Below are positions 1-10,238 of a DNA stretch of 64,000 nucleotides, piece by piece (the stretch's first letter is position 1; the number at the start of each line of letters is the position of its first letter). Below the pieces are notes generated by a model. The model was not told the DNA's origin and searched no databases. It saw only the letters and a program-made list of their open reading frames with translations. The DNA lies in NCBI GenBank assembly GCA_019894715.1, contig JAGXOA010000259.1, positions 225-64,224 on the forward strand, given 5' to 3'. Made by a program: the position numbers and the translations under genes. The DNA comes from Promethearchaeota archaeon. GTDB lineage: Archaea > Asgardarchaeota > Lokiarchaeia > Sigyniarchaeales > SOKP01.

Positions 1-132
1 TAAAGCTAAAAACATAAAAAATTGAATTCTTTATACAAACAAATATTCTTATATTTAGATGATCAATATTTTTTTTAAAAAAGAATAAAATCAAGGAAAA
101 AAAAAACTATATATTAGAGGGATAAATTGAAA

Positions 133-243
133 TTAAGGTTGGCCTTCTGCACATCCTGGAAAGGAGACTCCTGCAGTTACCAAACTTAAACCATATGATA
201 CTACCAATAATAATGCTAATGAAACTACTAATTTCTTATTCAT
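133..243 (-). CDS. hypothetical small hydrophobic peptide (36 aa)
   Basis: Below the ORF-track cutoff, read by eye on the minus strand. ATG (243..241), MNKKLVVSLALLLVVSYGLSLVTAGVSFPGCAEGQP, stop (135..133). AAGGTG lies 8 nt upstream. One hydrophobic helix. No homology recognised. Confidence 0.25.
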   Translation of the reverse strand: MNKKLVVSLALLLVVSYGLSLVTAGVSFPGCAEGQP

Positions 244-464
244 ATTAAAAACACCTTATATATTATTAATCTAATATCTTAGAAGAGATATTTAAATTCA
301 ACTAAAAATAACCAACACAAATATATCTATTTTAAAAAGAGAGACAAAGATGAGATTTAATTAAGATTTTTAGAACAAAAATTTTTTATTAGAAAAGTAA
401 GAAAAAAAAAGTAGAAATTAGTACTCGTAGTACGTATTAATGCATTTTTGTAATTCTATTTCTT

Positions 465-779
465 TTATTTTGGAGGTGCTAAGACAATTTCGATTGAACT
501 TACATTATTTGTGTTGCCATTGTCTCCTTCTAACACTTCAGTACTTAGGCGAATGTCTATATACTCTGTTCCTTTAAGAAAACGGTTTCTTAATATTTCA
601 CATACGTCAACAGCATGAGAAATTGCTCTTCCTCTTGCTTTTACAGTACAATCTTCACCTTTATTTAAAATCATCATGGTAGCCATTACATAATTCATTG
701 TTGGGCGTCTGCCAACAAAAACAGCATTTTCTTCTTTATCAGCCATTTTTTTTACAGCATTTTCTTCTTTATCAGCCAT
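465..779 (-). CDS. albA: Alba family chromatin/RNA-binding protein
   Basis: The core VFVGRRPTMNYVMATMMILNKGEDCTVKARGRAISHAVDVCEILRNRF matches the Alba/Sac10b signature. GAGGA lies 8 nt upstream of ATG 779. The N-terminus carries an exact tandem duplication, so ATG 746 is an alternative start. Confidence 0.9.
   Translation of the reverse strand: MADKEENAVKKMADKEENAVFVGRRPTMNYVMATMMILNKGEDCTVKARGRAISHAVDVCEILRNRFLKGTEYIDIRLSTEVLEGDNGNTNNVSSIEIVLAPPK
721..779 (-). repeat. exact 26-nt direct repeat (721..746 and 754..779, period 33 nt) duplicating the alba start codon and first 9 codons
   Basis: acagcattttcttctttatcagccat occurs twice, separated by ttttttt. On the coding strand this gives MADKEENAV-KK-MADKEENAV. 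Confidence 0.9.
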
Positions 780-994
780 TGTTTTTATCCTCTATTGTAA
801 TTATTTGTTTTATTTGTTTTATTAGTTTTGTTTGTTATATTGTATTATGTTTTACAGTAATTCATATTTTTAGTAACTAAAATTACTTTACTAATACTCT
901 ACAATTTTTAATTAATTAGAGTTATGTTTAGAAATTCAAAAAATTTTTTAAATTTTATCAAAAAAAGTATTTACAAAAAAAAGATAATGAAGAT

Positions 995-1675
995 TTATTT
1001 TGCAATTCCTTCAAAATTATCATTTTCTAATTGATTTTTGGTATCATGTTTAACTTTAATCCCATCTTCTTCTTTTTCTTCATCCTTATCCTTAATTACA
1101 TCCCAAATAATACTGATAATTAGGATTAATAATGCTATAAAAACCAAAATCATAAGACCACTTGATCTTTCAAACCATAATTTTATCCAGCCAATTTTAG
1201 GTATTACTCCACATACTACCCCAATTATTTTCTCTTCTGGTACCCAATATCCATCCTCACCAGGATTATTATCTCCTTTTGTCCAGAATTCCCAAGTTCC
1301 AGAATTATTTCGTTTATCTATAACACGATGAATAACTGGATATCGAACAGAGGTGACCCAAACACCATTCGTATTAAATACAATTATATCACCTAGCAAA
1401 TCAAACTCAGTCCCATTCTTAATATCTTCAGGATCTTTACCTTTTAGGAAAACTAAGTCCCCCTCATAAAGATTTGGTTCCATAGATCCTGATGCTACAA
1501 CAGTAATTGGCATATGAGTACCTAATGCCAATTGGAGTGAGCCCCAGATTATAAAAGGTGTTGAGAAAGCCATAATGATAAAAACTAAAGTAAAAATAAT
1601 TTTTTTCTTTTTTGATTTAGGTGTTTTTGCATCTTTTTCCTTTTTCTTAAACCTATTAAAAAATTTAGCTTTCAT
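995..1675 (-). CDS. signal peptidase I, archaeal/Sec11 type (S26B)
   Basis: N-terminal TM, then SGSMEPNLYEGDLVFL (Ser box), VIHRVI (His box) and GDNNPGEDG. C-terminal TM plus an acidic tail. Confidence 0.8.
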   Translation of the reverse strand: MKAKFFNRFKKKEKDAKTPKSKKKKIIFTLVFIIMAFSTPFIIWGSLQLALGTHMPITVVASGSMEPNLYEGDLVFLKGKDPEDIKNGTEFDLLGDIIVFNTNGVWVTSVRYPVIHRVIDKRNNSGTWEFWTKGDNNPGEDGYWVPEEKIIGVVCGVIPKIGWIKLWFERSSGLMILVFIALLILIISIIWDVIKDKDEEKEEDGIKVKHDTKNQLENDNFEGIAK

Positions 1676-1817
1676 AATATTTTCATTATTACATTTATGC
1701 AGATGTCTTAATATTTAATTAAAAAAAAGATTTCTTATTATTTTTAGAATATTGAATAAAAAAAAAGAAGTTAAAATATTCAATTTATAAAAAATTTTAT
1801 TTAACTGGTTTCAGTCA

Positions 1818-2999
1818 TTATGTTTTAGTCTGAGAAGGAAGATATTTCATAACAAAAATTATAATTGGACAAACAATAAAGATAAAAATAATTCCTATTT
1901 GGAAATAAAGATTGTAATCAATAAAAACAGTGTCCAAATTCCAAGGATAATTTCCTTGATAATTATATTCAGAGGAGTTAAAAAATATATTATATATAAA
2001 TTGTTCCACTGTCCTTCCTGTAATCATAAGACTAGTATTTGATATATGTGAAAGATCATCACTAGTTGTATGATGATAAGGCCAATTGGAATCACTCCAA
2101 AAATTAATAATTAAATCAGCAGAAGGAATTCCATACTCCACAAAAGGTTGATGATCATCTATTATTGGTTGTGAAACTGGAGAGCTTGGAAATGCTGTGG
2201 TGTATCCTAATTGCCTCCCTACTTGGAAAAGTTCATTTAAAAGTGTTGATGTAGAATATTGTTCATTGATAAATCTTAGGTTAGTTCCACCAACCATGTC
2301 TAAAAGAATCATACATTCAAAATATTCACTTGAACTATTATAGAAATTATCTATATTATCAACGAATCTATTAGATCCCTCACACCAACCCCATCCTGGA
2401 ATGCTCCAAGATATATCCCTTCCTTGATCTTCAGCATCAAAAAATAAAAACCAAATCTCACAAGTTAAATTTATTCTCTTATTATAAAAAACTCTTGCTA
2501 GTTCTAATAAAACAGCACATCCACTAGCCCCATCATTTGCTCCGGGAACAGGAGCCGTCTGATTTATAGGATCTTTAGTTGCTCTTGCTCGTGAATCATA
2601 ATGGGCCCCTAAGATGACGATATTATCATAGCCTTCATTAAGTTTAAATAGTAGATTAGAACAATTTATAGGATTAATATATGTTGGATCGAGAGTAAAA
2701 TTATGAAAATAATAACTCACATTAGAATCTATTTTTTGGAATTCAGATATAAAATAATTAATACTCTCCTGATGTTCAGGTGTTCCAGGAATTCTATTAC
2801 CAATATCTTCTGTTTGATTCTTTACGAATATGTATGCATTTTCTTCATTAAAATCCAGTTCAATCTCAATATTTTGAATGGAGTTATTTGTTAGTAAAAT
2901 TGTATTAAAAATAATGATTAAAACAACTCCAGTTATTATTAATGATGCTAAAAGAAAAATATTAAAACTTTTTTTATAGTTATTCACCATTAGACTCAT
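1818..2999 (-). CDS. membrane-anchored M28-family metallopeptidase (aminopeptidase / glutaminyl-cyclase-like)
   Basis: GAHYDSR, PGANDGASGCAVLLELARVF and FLFFDAEDQG metal-ligand motifs. TM segments at the N- and C-termini. Confidence 0.7.
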   Translation of the reverse strand: MSLMVNNYKKSFNIFLLASLIITGVVLIIIFNTILLTNNSIQNIEIELDFNEENAYIFVKNQTEDIGNRIPGTPEHQESINYFISEFQKIDSNVSYYFHNFTLDPTYINPINCSNLLFKLNEGYDNIVILGAHYDSRARATKDPINQTAPVPGANDGASGCAVLLELARVFYNKRINLTCEIWFLFFDAEDQGRDISWSIPGWGWCEGSNRFVDNIDNFYNSSSEYFECMILLDMVGGTNLRFINEQYSTSTLLNELFQVGRQLGYTTAFPSSPVSQPIIDDHQPFVEYGIPSADLIINFWSDSNWPYHHTTSDDLSHISNTSLMITGRTVEQFIYNIFFNSSEYNYQGNYPWNLDTVFIDYNLYFQIGIIFIFIVCPIIIFVMKYLPSQTKT

Positions 3000-3054
3000 C
3001 TATACATCATATATTCACTATCTGCAAATAGAAAAGAAAATAACATAAAAAGAA

Positions 3055-3483
3055 CTATATTGGTTCAAAACCTAAATCTACTCTAGTCTTTCCATTGGAT
3101 TCTGATTCTAAAAATGTTGCTTTTACAGACATTCCAATTTTTATAGTTTCAGGTTTGCTTTCATCTACACCAACTAATTGACCACTAATCATTGGTCCTT
3201 CTTTAAGTGTGACAACGGAAAAACAATAAGGTTTATTTCTCCCATATCCTCTTTCAACAAATAAAGGAGTACCTACAGTAATGCTTGTAAATGCAGCTAA
3301 CTTTCCCTCACCAGACATTTCTATCCATTCCATATTAGTTGAACTACATTTTTTACATAATTTTCTAATTGGTACATACATTTCTCCACAATCTTTACAT
3401 TTAGTTCCTGTTAATTTCTTATTTTGGATATTCTCCAAATAGCTTTCTATTGTAAATGGTTTTTTAACTTCAGACATTTTCAA
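3055..3483 (-). CDS. DUF35 Zn-ribbon/OB-fold protein (thiolase / HMG-CoA synthase partner type)
   Basis: CKDCGEMYVPIRKLCKKC ribbon followed by an OB-fold-like region (GKLAAFTSITVG, VVTLKEGPMISGQLVG). Confidence 0.7.
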   Translation of the reverse strand: MKMSEVKKPFTIESYLENIQNKKLTGTKCKDCGEMYVPIRKLCKKCSSTNMEWIEMSGEGKLAAFTSITVGTPLFVERGYGRNKPYCFSVVTLKEGPMISGQLVGVDESKPETIKIGMSVKATFLESESNGKTRVDLGFEPI

Positions 3484-3734
3484 ATCAAAATTAAATTTGT
3501 TAATATTGTTTATAAAAATAGATCATTTCTAAAAATTATTTTCTTTTTAGAATAAAATATTATTTCAATTGTTTTTTGAAAAAGTACAAAAATAATTAAA
3601 CATTCTATAAGTTGAGATTGTTTATCTTTTATTGTTAAAGTAGATGCATTTGTCATAATCGTTTTCTCTATTTTCAATTAGATTTATTAATGGGAATAAA
3701 ATTGATTTGAATATATTTAAAGAAAAGAGATCTT

Positions 3735-6203
3735 TTATGAGATTTTAGGCAATAAAATTAAAAAATTACTTCCTTTAGAATAATCTTTCTTAATTCTGTT
3801 TTTAATCCAAATTTTACCCCCAAATAATTCAACCAAAGTTTTTACAAGAGACAATCCAATTCCCATCCCCTTACCACCTTTTATAGTTCTATTTCCTTTT
3901 TGAAAGATTAATTCTTTCTTATTATCAGCAATTCCTATTCCATTATCAATAAATTCCATTAAAAAAAATCTTTGATTATTTTTTTGTTGATCAGATATTT
4001 TTATCGTTATTTCGATAATCTTATTATCATTATATTTGACAGCATTATTTAGCAGATTTTCAAATAAATCTAATAAAAATTCATTTGCATGGATTTTAAT
4101 TGATTTTAATGAAGTTATAATTTCAATATTAAGTTTATTTTGAAAGAAGTTTTCTTTTATTTGTTGGATAGCTTCGTTTAGATAATTTAGAATATCAATC
4201 TCAGTAAAAGTTATCCCAATATTATCTTCAATATTAGATAATTTTCTTACATTTTCGATCAGTCGAATTGCATTTCTGGAATTTTTTTGAATTCTATTTA
4301 TGGTTTCATTCATTGTATTGGATTCTTGTTTCACATAAGGAAAAAGAGAAGAAGCATTATTTATTACTTGGATAAAATTACTGATATCATGGGAAAACAA
4401 ATCCTTATAGAAATTTATTTGTTCATATGCTTTTCGATAATTTTCTTCAGATTTTTTTAACTTTTCCTCAATTTCTTTTCGAACAGAAATATTTCTAATG
4501 ATACTCTGATAAATCACCTTTTCTCCTTTTTTAATTTCTGATATTTGAATTTCTATCCAAATCTTTTTACCATTTTTATTTATTATTTCATATTCAATAA
4601 AATCGGGATGATCTTCAATAGAATTTTCATTATAGAGCTTTTTTATAAAATCTAATGTATCTTGTTCATATATAGGTAATTCAAATATTGTTTTACCAAT
4701 TATCTCTTTCTTTTTATAACCAATTAAATCATCTAAAGCGGGATTAGAATCTATAATTTTTAAATTTTGATCAGTGATAAGGATTCCATCAGGAGCACCA
4801 TAAAAAAGAACTTGATATTTTTTTTCTGATCGTTTTTGATTCAAAATTCTCCACATATTATCCATATAAAGAATAAGCTGGTGGGTATCAGTTTCATTAT
4901 AAGGAAGATTTTTATTACCTACTCCAATTATTGCAATAATTTTACCTGCTTCAAAAATAGGAACACTCATATGTCTTTTCACAGAAAAATGCCCTTCAGG
5001 ATATCCCTTTTTATTTAAATTGTTTTGATAATCATTATGAATTACAGGTTTTCTTAATCGAATACAATCGGCCCAAATTCCTGCTTTGTCTAAGGAATAA
5101 TGAGAATTATCTTCTGAATAACATTCTTTCATTACATTGTTAGACCAAATAAATAGATCAATTGATTTTTGATTGTCATTAAAAAAGTGTAAATATCCAA
5201 CCTCACTTTTTGTAAGCTTAACAGATTCCTCTAAGGCAAATCTGATTACTTCTTTTTCGGATACATTTTGTAATTGACTGAGCGTTAGTAAAGATTCAAG
5301 GCGTTGTTTATGAAGATTAACTTCTTCTTCTATGTTTTTACGTTCTGTGATATCAATTTGTAGAGATAAACTTGCGGGTCTTCCTTGATATTTTATAGAT
5401 TTTGAGAAACTATCTGCCCAATAAGTATCTCCTGATTTTTTTCTCATTTTAATAATATTATGCTCTTTAGTATTAGATAATCCCAATTGTCTTTTTGGAA
5501 TTTGATCTTTTGCATACTCTAAAGATTCAGGACATACAGCTTTATAAAACTCGTTAGGTTCCCAATTAAGCACCTCATCTTTAGAATATTCAAGCATATC
5601 AGCCATTTTTTGATTAGTGTATTTAATTATATCATCTTGAATTATCACAATACCCATCAAAGATTGTTCTACAATATTTCTATAATTTTGTTCTGATTCA
5701 CCAAATTTATTATCAAATTCCAATTGAAGTAGATGAGATTCAATTAATTCTTTAAATTGAAGGATTAAATTCTCAAAATTAGTAGAATAATCATTCTTTT
5801 TAACATCCAAAACACTTATTGTTCCAAAAATACTGCCATCTGGATATAATAATGGATAGCCTAAATATGAAATCAACTTTAATTTTATATCAGGATTTTT
5901 CTCCCAATCTTTTTCCTTAATAGCATTAGATATCAACAATTTTGAATTCTGTTTCATGACTTCTTCACAATATTGTCCTGCTAATTTGGCTCTATCTCCG
6001 CTCTTGTAAGGATTCATTTGTGATTCACTAGAACAAATTATTTCAATATAAGGAGGATCTAATTTTTTAATTAGTGCTACAGGAACAGAAACTAGTTTAG
6101 CTAATAAATTTACTATATTTTGCCATTTTAGGACCATATATTTTGGTAAATATCCATCTTTTGAATCATTAATATTATTTTTTAAGAAACTAAGATCATC
6201 CAT
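3735..6203 (-). CDS. multi-sensor (GAF/PAS-like) histidine kinase
   Basis: H box LFSHDISNFIQ, N box LLNNAVKYN, G boxes FIDNGIGI and GKGMGIGLSLV at the C-terminus. About 550 aa of PAS/GAF-like sensory repeats lie upstream. No response regulator is adjacent. Confidence 0.8.
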   Translation of the reverse strand: MDDLSFLKNNINDSKDGYLPKYMVLKWQNIVNLLAKLVSVPVALIKKLDPPYIEIICSSESQMNPYKSGDRAKLAGQYCEEVMKQNSKLLISNAIKEKDWEKNPDIKLKLISYLGYPLLYPDGSIFGTISVLDVKKNDYSTNFENLILQFKELIESHLLQLEFDNKFGESEQNYRNIVEQSLMGIVIIQDDIIKYTNQKMADMLEYSKDEVLNWEPNEFYKAVCPESLEYAKDQIPKRQLGLSNTKEHNIIKMRKKSGDTYWADSFSKSIKYQGRPASLSLQIDITERKNIEEEVNLHKQRLESLLTLSQLQNVSEKEVIRFALEESVKLTKSEVGYLHFFNDNQKSIDLFIWSNNVMKECYSEDNSHYSLDKAGIWADCIRLRKPVIHNDYQNNLNKKGYPEGHFSVKRHMSVPIFEAGKIIAIIGVGNKNLPYNETDTHQLILYMDNMWRILNQKRSEKKYQVLFYGAPDGILITDQNLKIIDSNPALDDLIGYKKKEIIGKTIFELPIYEQDTLDFIKKLYNENSIEDHPDFIEYEIINKNGKKIWIEIQISEIKKGEKVIYQSIIRNISVRKEIEEKLKKSEENYRKAYEQINFYKDLFSHDISNFIQVINNASSLFPYVKQESNTMNETINRIQKNSRNAIRLIENVRKLSNIEDNIGITFTEIDILNYLNEAIQQIKENFFQNKLNIEIITSLKSIKIHANEFLLDLFENLLNNAVKYNDNKIIEITIKISDQQKNNQRFFLMEFIDNGIGIADNKKELIFQKGNRTIKGGKGMGIGLSLVKTLVELFGGKIWIKNRIKKDYSKGSNFLILLPKIS

Positions 6204-6612
6204 AATGACACTCTGATATATATTTTTCGCAAATAGTCTCTTCTATAAATCTATGCAATATAGGTCATATATATTCTTGTTTTAGTAATTATTTCACATA
6301 TAATTGATTTTTTTTCATCTTTATAATATTTTCTGTATAATTTTGACATTAAAGAAAAATTATTCTCTAGATTTTTATTCGTTTTGACAAGGATTTTTTA
6401 TTCATATATAACAAAATTTAATATATAATAATAATAAAAAAATAAAACACATTCTAAAATCCTGTTTAAAATCCTCTTTCCCTACCTCTTTTCAGAATAG
6501 ATTATTCTTTTTTTTTTTTATTTCTTATCTCTTCCTTTTTTTCTTTGAATAAAAAGATGAAATAGATATATAATTTAAATAAAAAAAATAATTATTTGAA
6601 AAATCAAAATAG

Positions 6613-6801
6613 TTATTCTTCTTTATAAAAAGCATCAAAAAAAGTCATTTTTTCTTCTACTGATAAAATATTCTCGTCATTGAATTCATCACAGTCTTTC
6701 TTTTCAAATTCCAATTTACAATTAAAACAATTAAAGGAATCATCGAGTTCATATATATCTACACCTCCACAGCGAGGACAATGATAATTTTTCTTAGTCA
6801 T
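6613..6801 (-). CDS. small zinc-ribbon protein
   Basis: CPRCGG...CFNC four-Cys ribbon with an acidic C-terminus. Function unknown. Confidence 0.45.
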   Translation of the reverse strand: MTKKNYHCPRCGGVDIYELDDSFNCFNCKLEFEKKDCDEFNDENILSVEEKMTFFDAFYKEE

Positions 6802-7344
6802 GGTAATAGATCAAGATTTCAGATCATCCAATATTAATTAAATAATATATTTAAATCTCTTTATGACACACTTATTACTTTTTTCTCTATAAATATCTAT
6901 TGATTAAAAGGATATAAATTCCAATATAGGGATTTATAGAAAGGGAAAATGATGAGATTTGGTTTAATAATAAAAAAGATAACAATAGTAGATTAACTTT
7001 GTTAATTTTTATTGTAATTATTCTTTCTATTTTGCTAATTGTAGTCTTTTTTGGGTGAGGTTTAGAATACCAAACATTAGATCTAATTGGACTCACCTAT
7101 AATATATTTAAGTAAGTTAGTCTTTTCTGTAGAAATATTTCTCTCCTAATTGGATTGATGAAGTTAATGATTCTAGAAGATAGAATAAAAGGTAATCCAT
7201 AGTTTTTGAAATTCTTGATTTTTTAGAATCATTTTATGATAATTCATATGACTATTCAAGAGGATATAATCAAACTGTTTTCTATCTTTTTTTTATTTTG
7301 AATTGTAGAATCATGATAAATATTCCAAAGTAAAATATTTTTCC

Positions 7345-7352
7345 TTTAAATA
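7345..7352 (+). promoter_or_regulatory. TATA box (TTTAAATA) within the conserved ttCCTTTAAATAg motif
   Basis: Same motif as at 10197, 13907, 15551, 19846 and 60406. Lies 48 nt upstream of ATG 7401. Confidence 0.55.
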
Positions 7353-7400
7353 GACTTATTTCATAAATTATCCAAATATATTTACCAAAAAATTTCCACA

Positions 7401-7730
7401 ATGAAAAAATCAGAAGAACTTGGTTTATGTCCTAATTGCAATTGTTCAATAATTTTGCATAAAACATTGAATTATAAACGGTATGCCAAATGTGAGATTT
7501 GCGGAAACTCATATCCACTGCCAAATCAAGGAAGAATAGATAATTCTGCATTAATTTGTCCCCAGAGAAAGTTTCCTATCTTAATAATTGAAATTAAAGA
7601 TAAAAAAGCATATTTTTGGGTGGATAATCCTTGTTATGATTGTGAAAAATATAACAATTGCGAACCAGTTCAAGAACTAATAAAGGAATTTATAAAGATG
7701 GAAGTCTATGGATACACTAAGGAAAAATAA
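7401..7730 (+). CDS. Cys-rich zinc-finger protein (topoisomerase-type Zn-ribbon-like)
   Basis: CPNCNC...CEICG and CPQ...CYDC pairs. Has its own TATA motif and a downstream T14 run. Confidence 0.5.
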   Translation: MKKSEELGLCPNCNCSIILHKTLNYKRYAKCEICGNSYPLPNQGRIDNSALICPQRKFPILIIEIKDKKAYFWVDNPCYDCEKYNNCEPVQELIKEFIKMEVYGYTKEK

Positions 7731-7746
7731 AAATAAAGAATTGAAA

Positions 7747-7760
7747 TTTTTTTTTTTTTT
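7747..7760 (+). terminator. T14 run, likely archaeal oligo-T terminator for 7401..7730
   Basis: Fourteen consecutive T beginning 17 nt after the stop codon. Confidence 0.5.
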
Positions 7761-7813
7761 ATTTCAACTGTTTGTTGAAATTCTATAAAAATTTATAATT
7801 AATTATAAAAATC
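7761..7813. repeat. 53-nt hairpin repeat, copy 1 (ATTTCAAC-tgttt-GTTGAAAT followed by two TATAAAAAT-like boxes)
   Basis: 48/53 identical to 30116..30168, with the first 22 nt identical. Perfect 8-bp stem. Confidence 0.8.
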
Positions 7814-7972
7814 TAAATGATTTCAATCAAAAAATTGTTTTTCTTAACATTATAGATGATATAGAAAAACTAGAATTGTCAACATAAATTATCGGAGAAG
7901 GATTGAATTATTATATAGTTCATACTCATCATGAAAATAAAAAAAAAAAAGATTAAACTTTTTCATAATATC

Positions 7973-8329
7973 TTAATCCTCAAGAAGTAATTCTAAAATT
8001 TCATTCTTTATTATATCGATCTTGTTTATTTTCTCATCATTTTGAGAATCATAAGCATTTTTATTATAGATATCGTCAGAATCATCAAACATTTGTTGAA
8101 TCATAAATAAGGTGGCTAAATCATTTATTTGATTACCATTATCTTGATAATTGAGATTTTTTCTAAAAAATAAACCTCTTGATGTGTCCCCATTATTTAA
8201 TGATTTTCTTTTTTTTAAGTAAATATATAGGCCAATCACAATAGCTATTACTACTAAACAATACATAGGATTCTTATAATAAAGTATAATAAACGTCATA
8301 AACAAAAAGATATAACAAATACCTTTCAT
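7973..8329 (-). CDS. hypothetical membrane protein
   Basis: Two N-terminal hydrophobic helices and an acidic C-terminal tail. No family recognised. Confidence 0.4.
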   Translation of the reverse strand: MKGICYIFLFMTFIILYYKNPMYCLVVIAIVIGLYIYLKKRKSLNNGDTSRGLFFRKNLNYQDNGNQINDLATLFMIQQMFDDSDDIYNKNAYDSQNDEKINKIDIIKNEILELLLED

Positions 8330-8853
8330 ATTTTTTCACCTATGACCTCCTTTAATTATAACTGAAGACTTAGATCGACTAATCATTGCTTTTGTAAAAA
8401 AATCAATAATTAGCATTGTTGTGAATAGTTGAATATCTTTGAACATATAGAGTAAATAATACACTTATTTATAAAAAAAAAATTCAAAGCAATTTTCAAT
8501 AATATAGAGATTAATGCATATTTTCTATAAGTTTGCTAAGTATCCATCTTCTATATATATATAATTAGAATAAAACCCTAACTTATGATGTCACTTTCCT
8601 TAGATTATGAATATATTACTCTTACATTTTTGATATTAAATTTAGATCTGTGATCTTTGAAAAATGATTATTAGAGTGCATAGTGAATTGATTTCAGAAT
8701 TAAGAGGATTTTAATGAACACTTTTCATAAATGAGCTAGAAAAATATGAAAAAATGAAAGATTTTTTATAAAGAAAACATCTAAAAAGAAAACTCCTTCT
8801 TATATATTTCTTAGTGAAACAGAAAAAGATTCATCAAAAAAAAGTGATAAAAA

Positions 8854-10113
8854 ATGGCAACAAAAAACGATTTAAAAAATTATGATTTGGATAGTTCAAA
8901 CCTAACTTGTGATATTTGCAATTCTTCTGATATTTTAGAGACCAAACAAGGATATGTCTGTAGATCTTGTGGTATTGTATTAGAAATGCAAAAATTAGAG
9001 TATCATCGCCCTTATATTGTAGAAAGGGTTCACCATGAGATTTTATCTACAACTAAGATAGGTTCAAGACAAGAAAGATTAGGTAGTCCAAATTCATATC
9101 GACTTGAGAAATTAAACCAAGTCCAAAAAATAAAATCAAATAATGAGCAGATGAATCAAATTGCTAAAATTGAAATCTCAAGTATACTGGCATCATTAGA
9201 TATTTCCTCTAGAATAAAAGAGTCAATATATAAAATCTATTTAAAAATCAGAAAAGGATTGCATTCAGGTACTAAATTTAGAAATCCTCAAAAACTTATA
9301 CCTTTAGTTATCTATTATTATTTAAAATTAAATAATATTCCTCTTGATGAAGAAAGGTTATTAGAGATTTCTAAAATTACAAAAAAAGAATATAATTCTT
9401 TTAAACCTCAAATCCTTAATTTTTTACCAGATTATAATAAAAGAAATAGAAGAAAATTTATTTTAAATCGAATTATTGGCATAATTGAACATTACAAATT
9501 AAATATGTCATTTTATGATGAAAGTAAAATCATTCTTTCAAAATTGTGGGATGGAATTAAGAACACTAAAGATGACGTTATAACAGGACTTATTGCTTCA
9601 ATAGTCACATTATGCCATTATAAAGATAAAATTACTGTAAATAGTATTTGTTCTTTTTTGAATATTAGAATGAGTACGGTTCAATCACAAGTAAAAGAGA
9701 GGATATTTAATAGATATCAAATCCCAGGATTTAAAAGTTTAGTTCGATCTTCAGACATATTAGAAAAAGTAATTGCCAAATTATGTAACATAGATAAGAA
9801 TATGGATGTAAATACAAATAAAAAAAATCTTTTAGATAAGGATGATGAAATAATACCAACTACGGATATGATCCAAATAGAGTTGGGAACAACAATACCT
9901 ATTTTTAATCCTAGCAATAATAGCAAGTATTATATTCTTGCAGTTAAAGATGAAATTATCATAGAACCAACATTCATATCAATAAAACTTCCTGTAGAGA
10001 AAGAATCAAAAAAATTAGAAAATCAATACTCTACAAAAGCACACAATCATATTGAGCTAGAGTTTATGAAATATCATAATGAAAAAGGCCCTCCAGTATT
10101 CTCTTTATTGTAA
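8854..10113 (+). CDS. divergent TFIIB/TFB-family paralog with a C-terminal extension
   Basis: N-terminal ribbon CDICNS..(x14)..CRSCG, followed by about 200 aa of helical repeat consistent with cyclin folds. The canonical B-reader GPEWR-type motif is not seen. About 100 extra C-terminal residues. Confidence 0.55.
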   Translation: MATKNDLKNYDLDSSNLTCDICNSSDILETKQGYVCRSCGIVLEMQKLEYHRPYIVERVHHEILSTTKIGSRQERLGSPNSYRLEKLNQVQKIKSNNEQMNQIAKIEISSILASLDISSRIKESIYKIYLKIRKGLHSGTKFRNPQKLIPLVIYYYLKLNNIPLDEERLLEISKITKKEYNSFKPQILNFLPDYNKRNRRKFILNRIIGIIEHYKLNMSFYDESKIILSKLWDGIKNTKDDVITGLIASIVTLCHYKDKITVNSICSFLNIRMSTVQSQVKERIFNRYQIPGFKSLVRSSDILEKVIAKLCNIDKNMDVNTNKKNLLDKDDEIIPTTDMIQIELGTTIPIFNPSNNSKYYILAVKDEIIIEPTFISIKLPVEKESKKLENQYSTKAHNHIELEFMKYHNEKGPPVFSLL

Positions 10114-10196
10114 TTTAAAAACTTGGTTCTTATCAATATTATTGATTTTTCTTTCTTTGTTATTCTCTAATTTTTTGAGCGTATTTTTATTTTTTC

Positions 10197-10204
10197 TTTA
10201 AATA
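10197..10204 (+). promoter_or_regulatory. TATA box (TTTAAATA) in the tttttCTTTAAATAGATC motif
   Basis: Nearly identical 17-mer to 13901..13918. Lies 34 nt upstream of ATG 10239. Confidence 0.6.
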
Positions 10205-10238
10205 GATCCAATATATTTTCTAAACATAATAAAATTAA

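Noticed and set aside
6887-7096. Isolated short ORFs 6887..7096, 13450..13647, 17414..17599 and 51101..51313.
   Set aside because: They have no motifs, low-complexity composition and no convincing SD or TATA context. 51101..51313 starts inside the MITE left end. They may be real small proteins, but that cannot be supported from sequence alone.
7156-7161. C/D-box sRNA candidates (UGAUGA at 7156 and a tandem AUGAUGAUGA at 48540..48549).
   Set aside because: No CUGA D box at the appropriate distance and no terminal stem. The 48540 site lies inside the MITE-like element.
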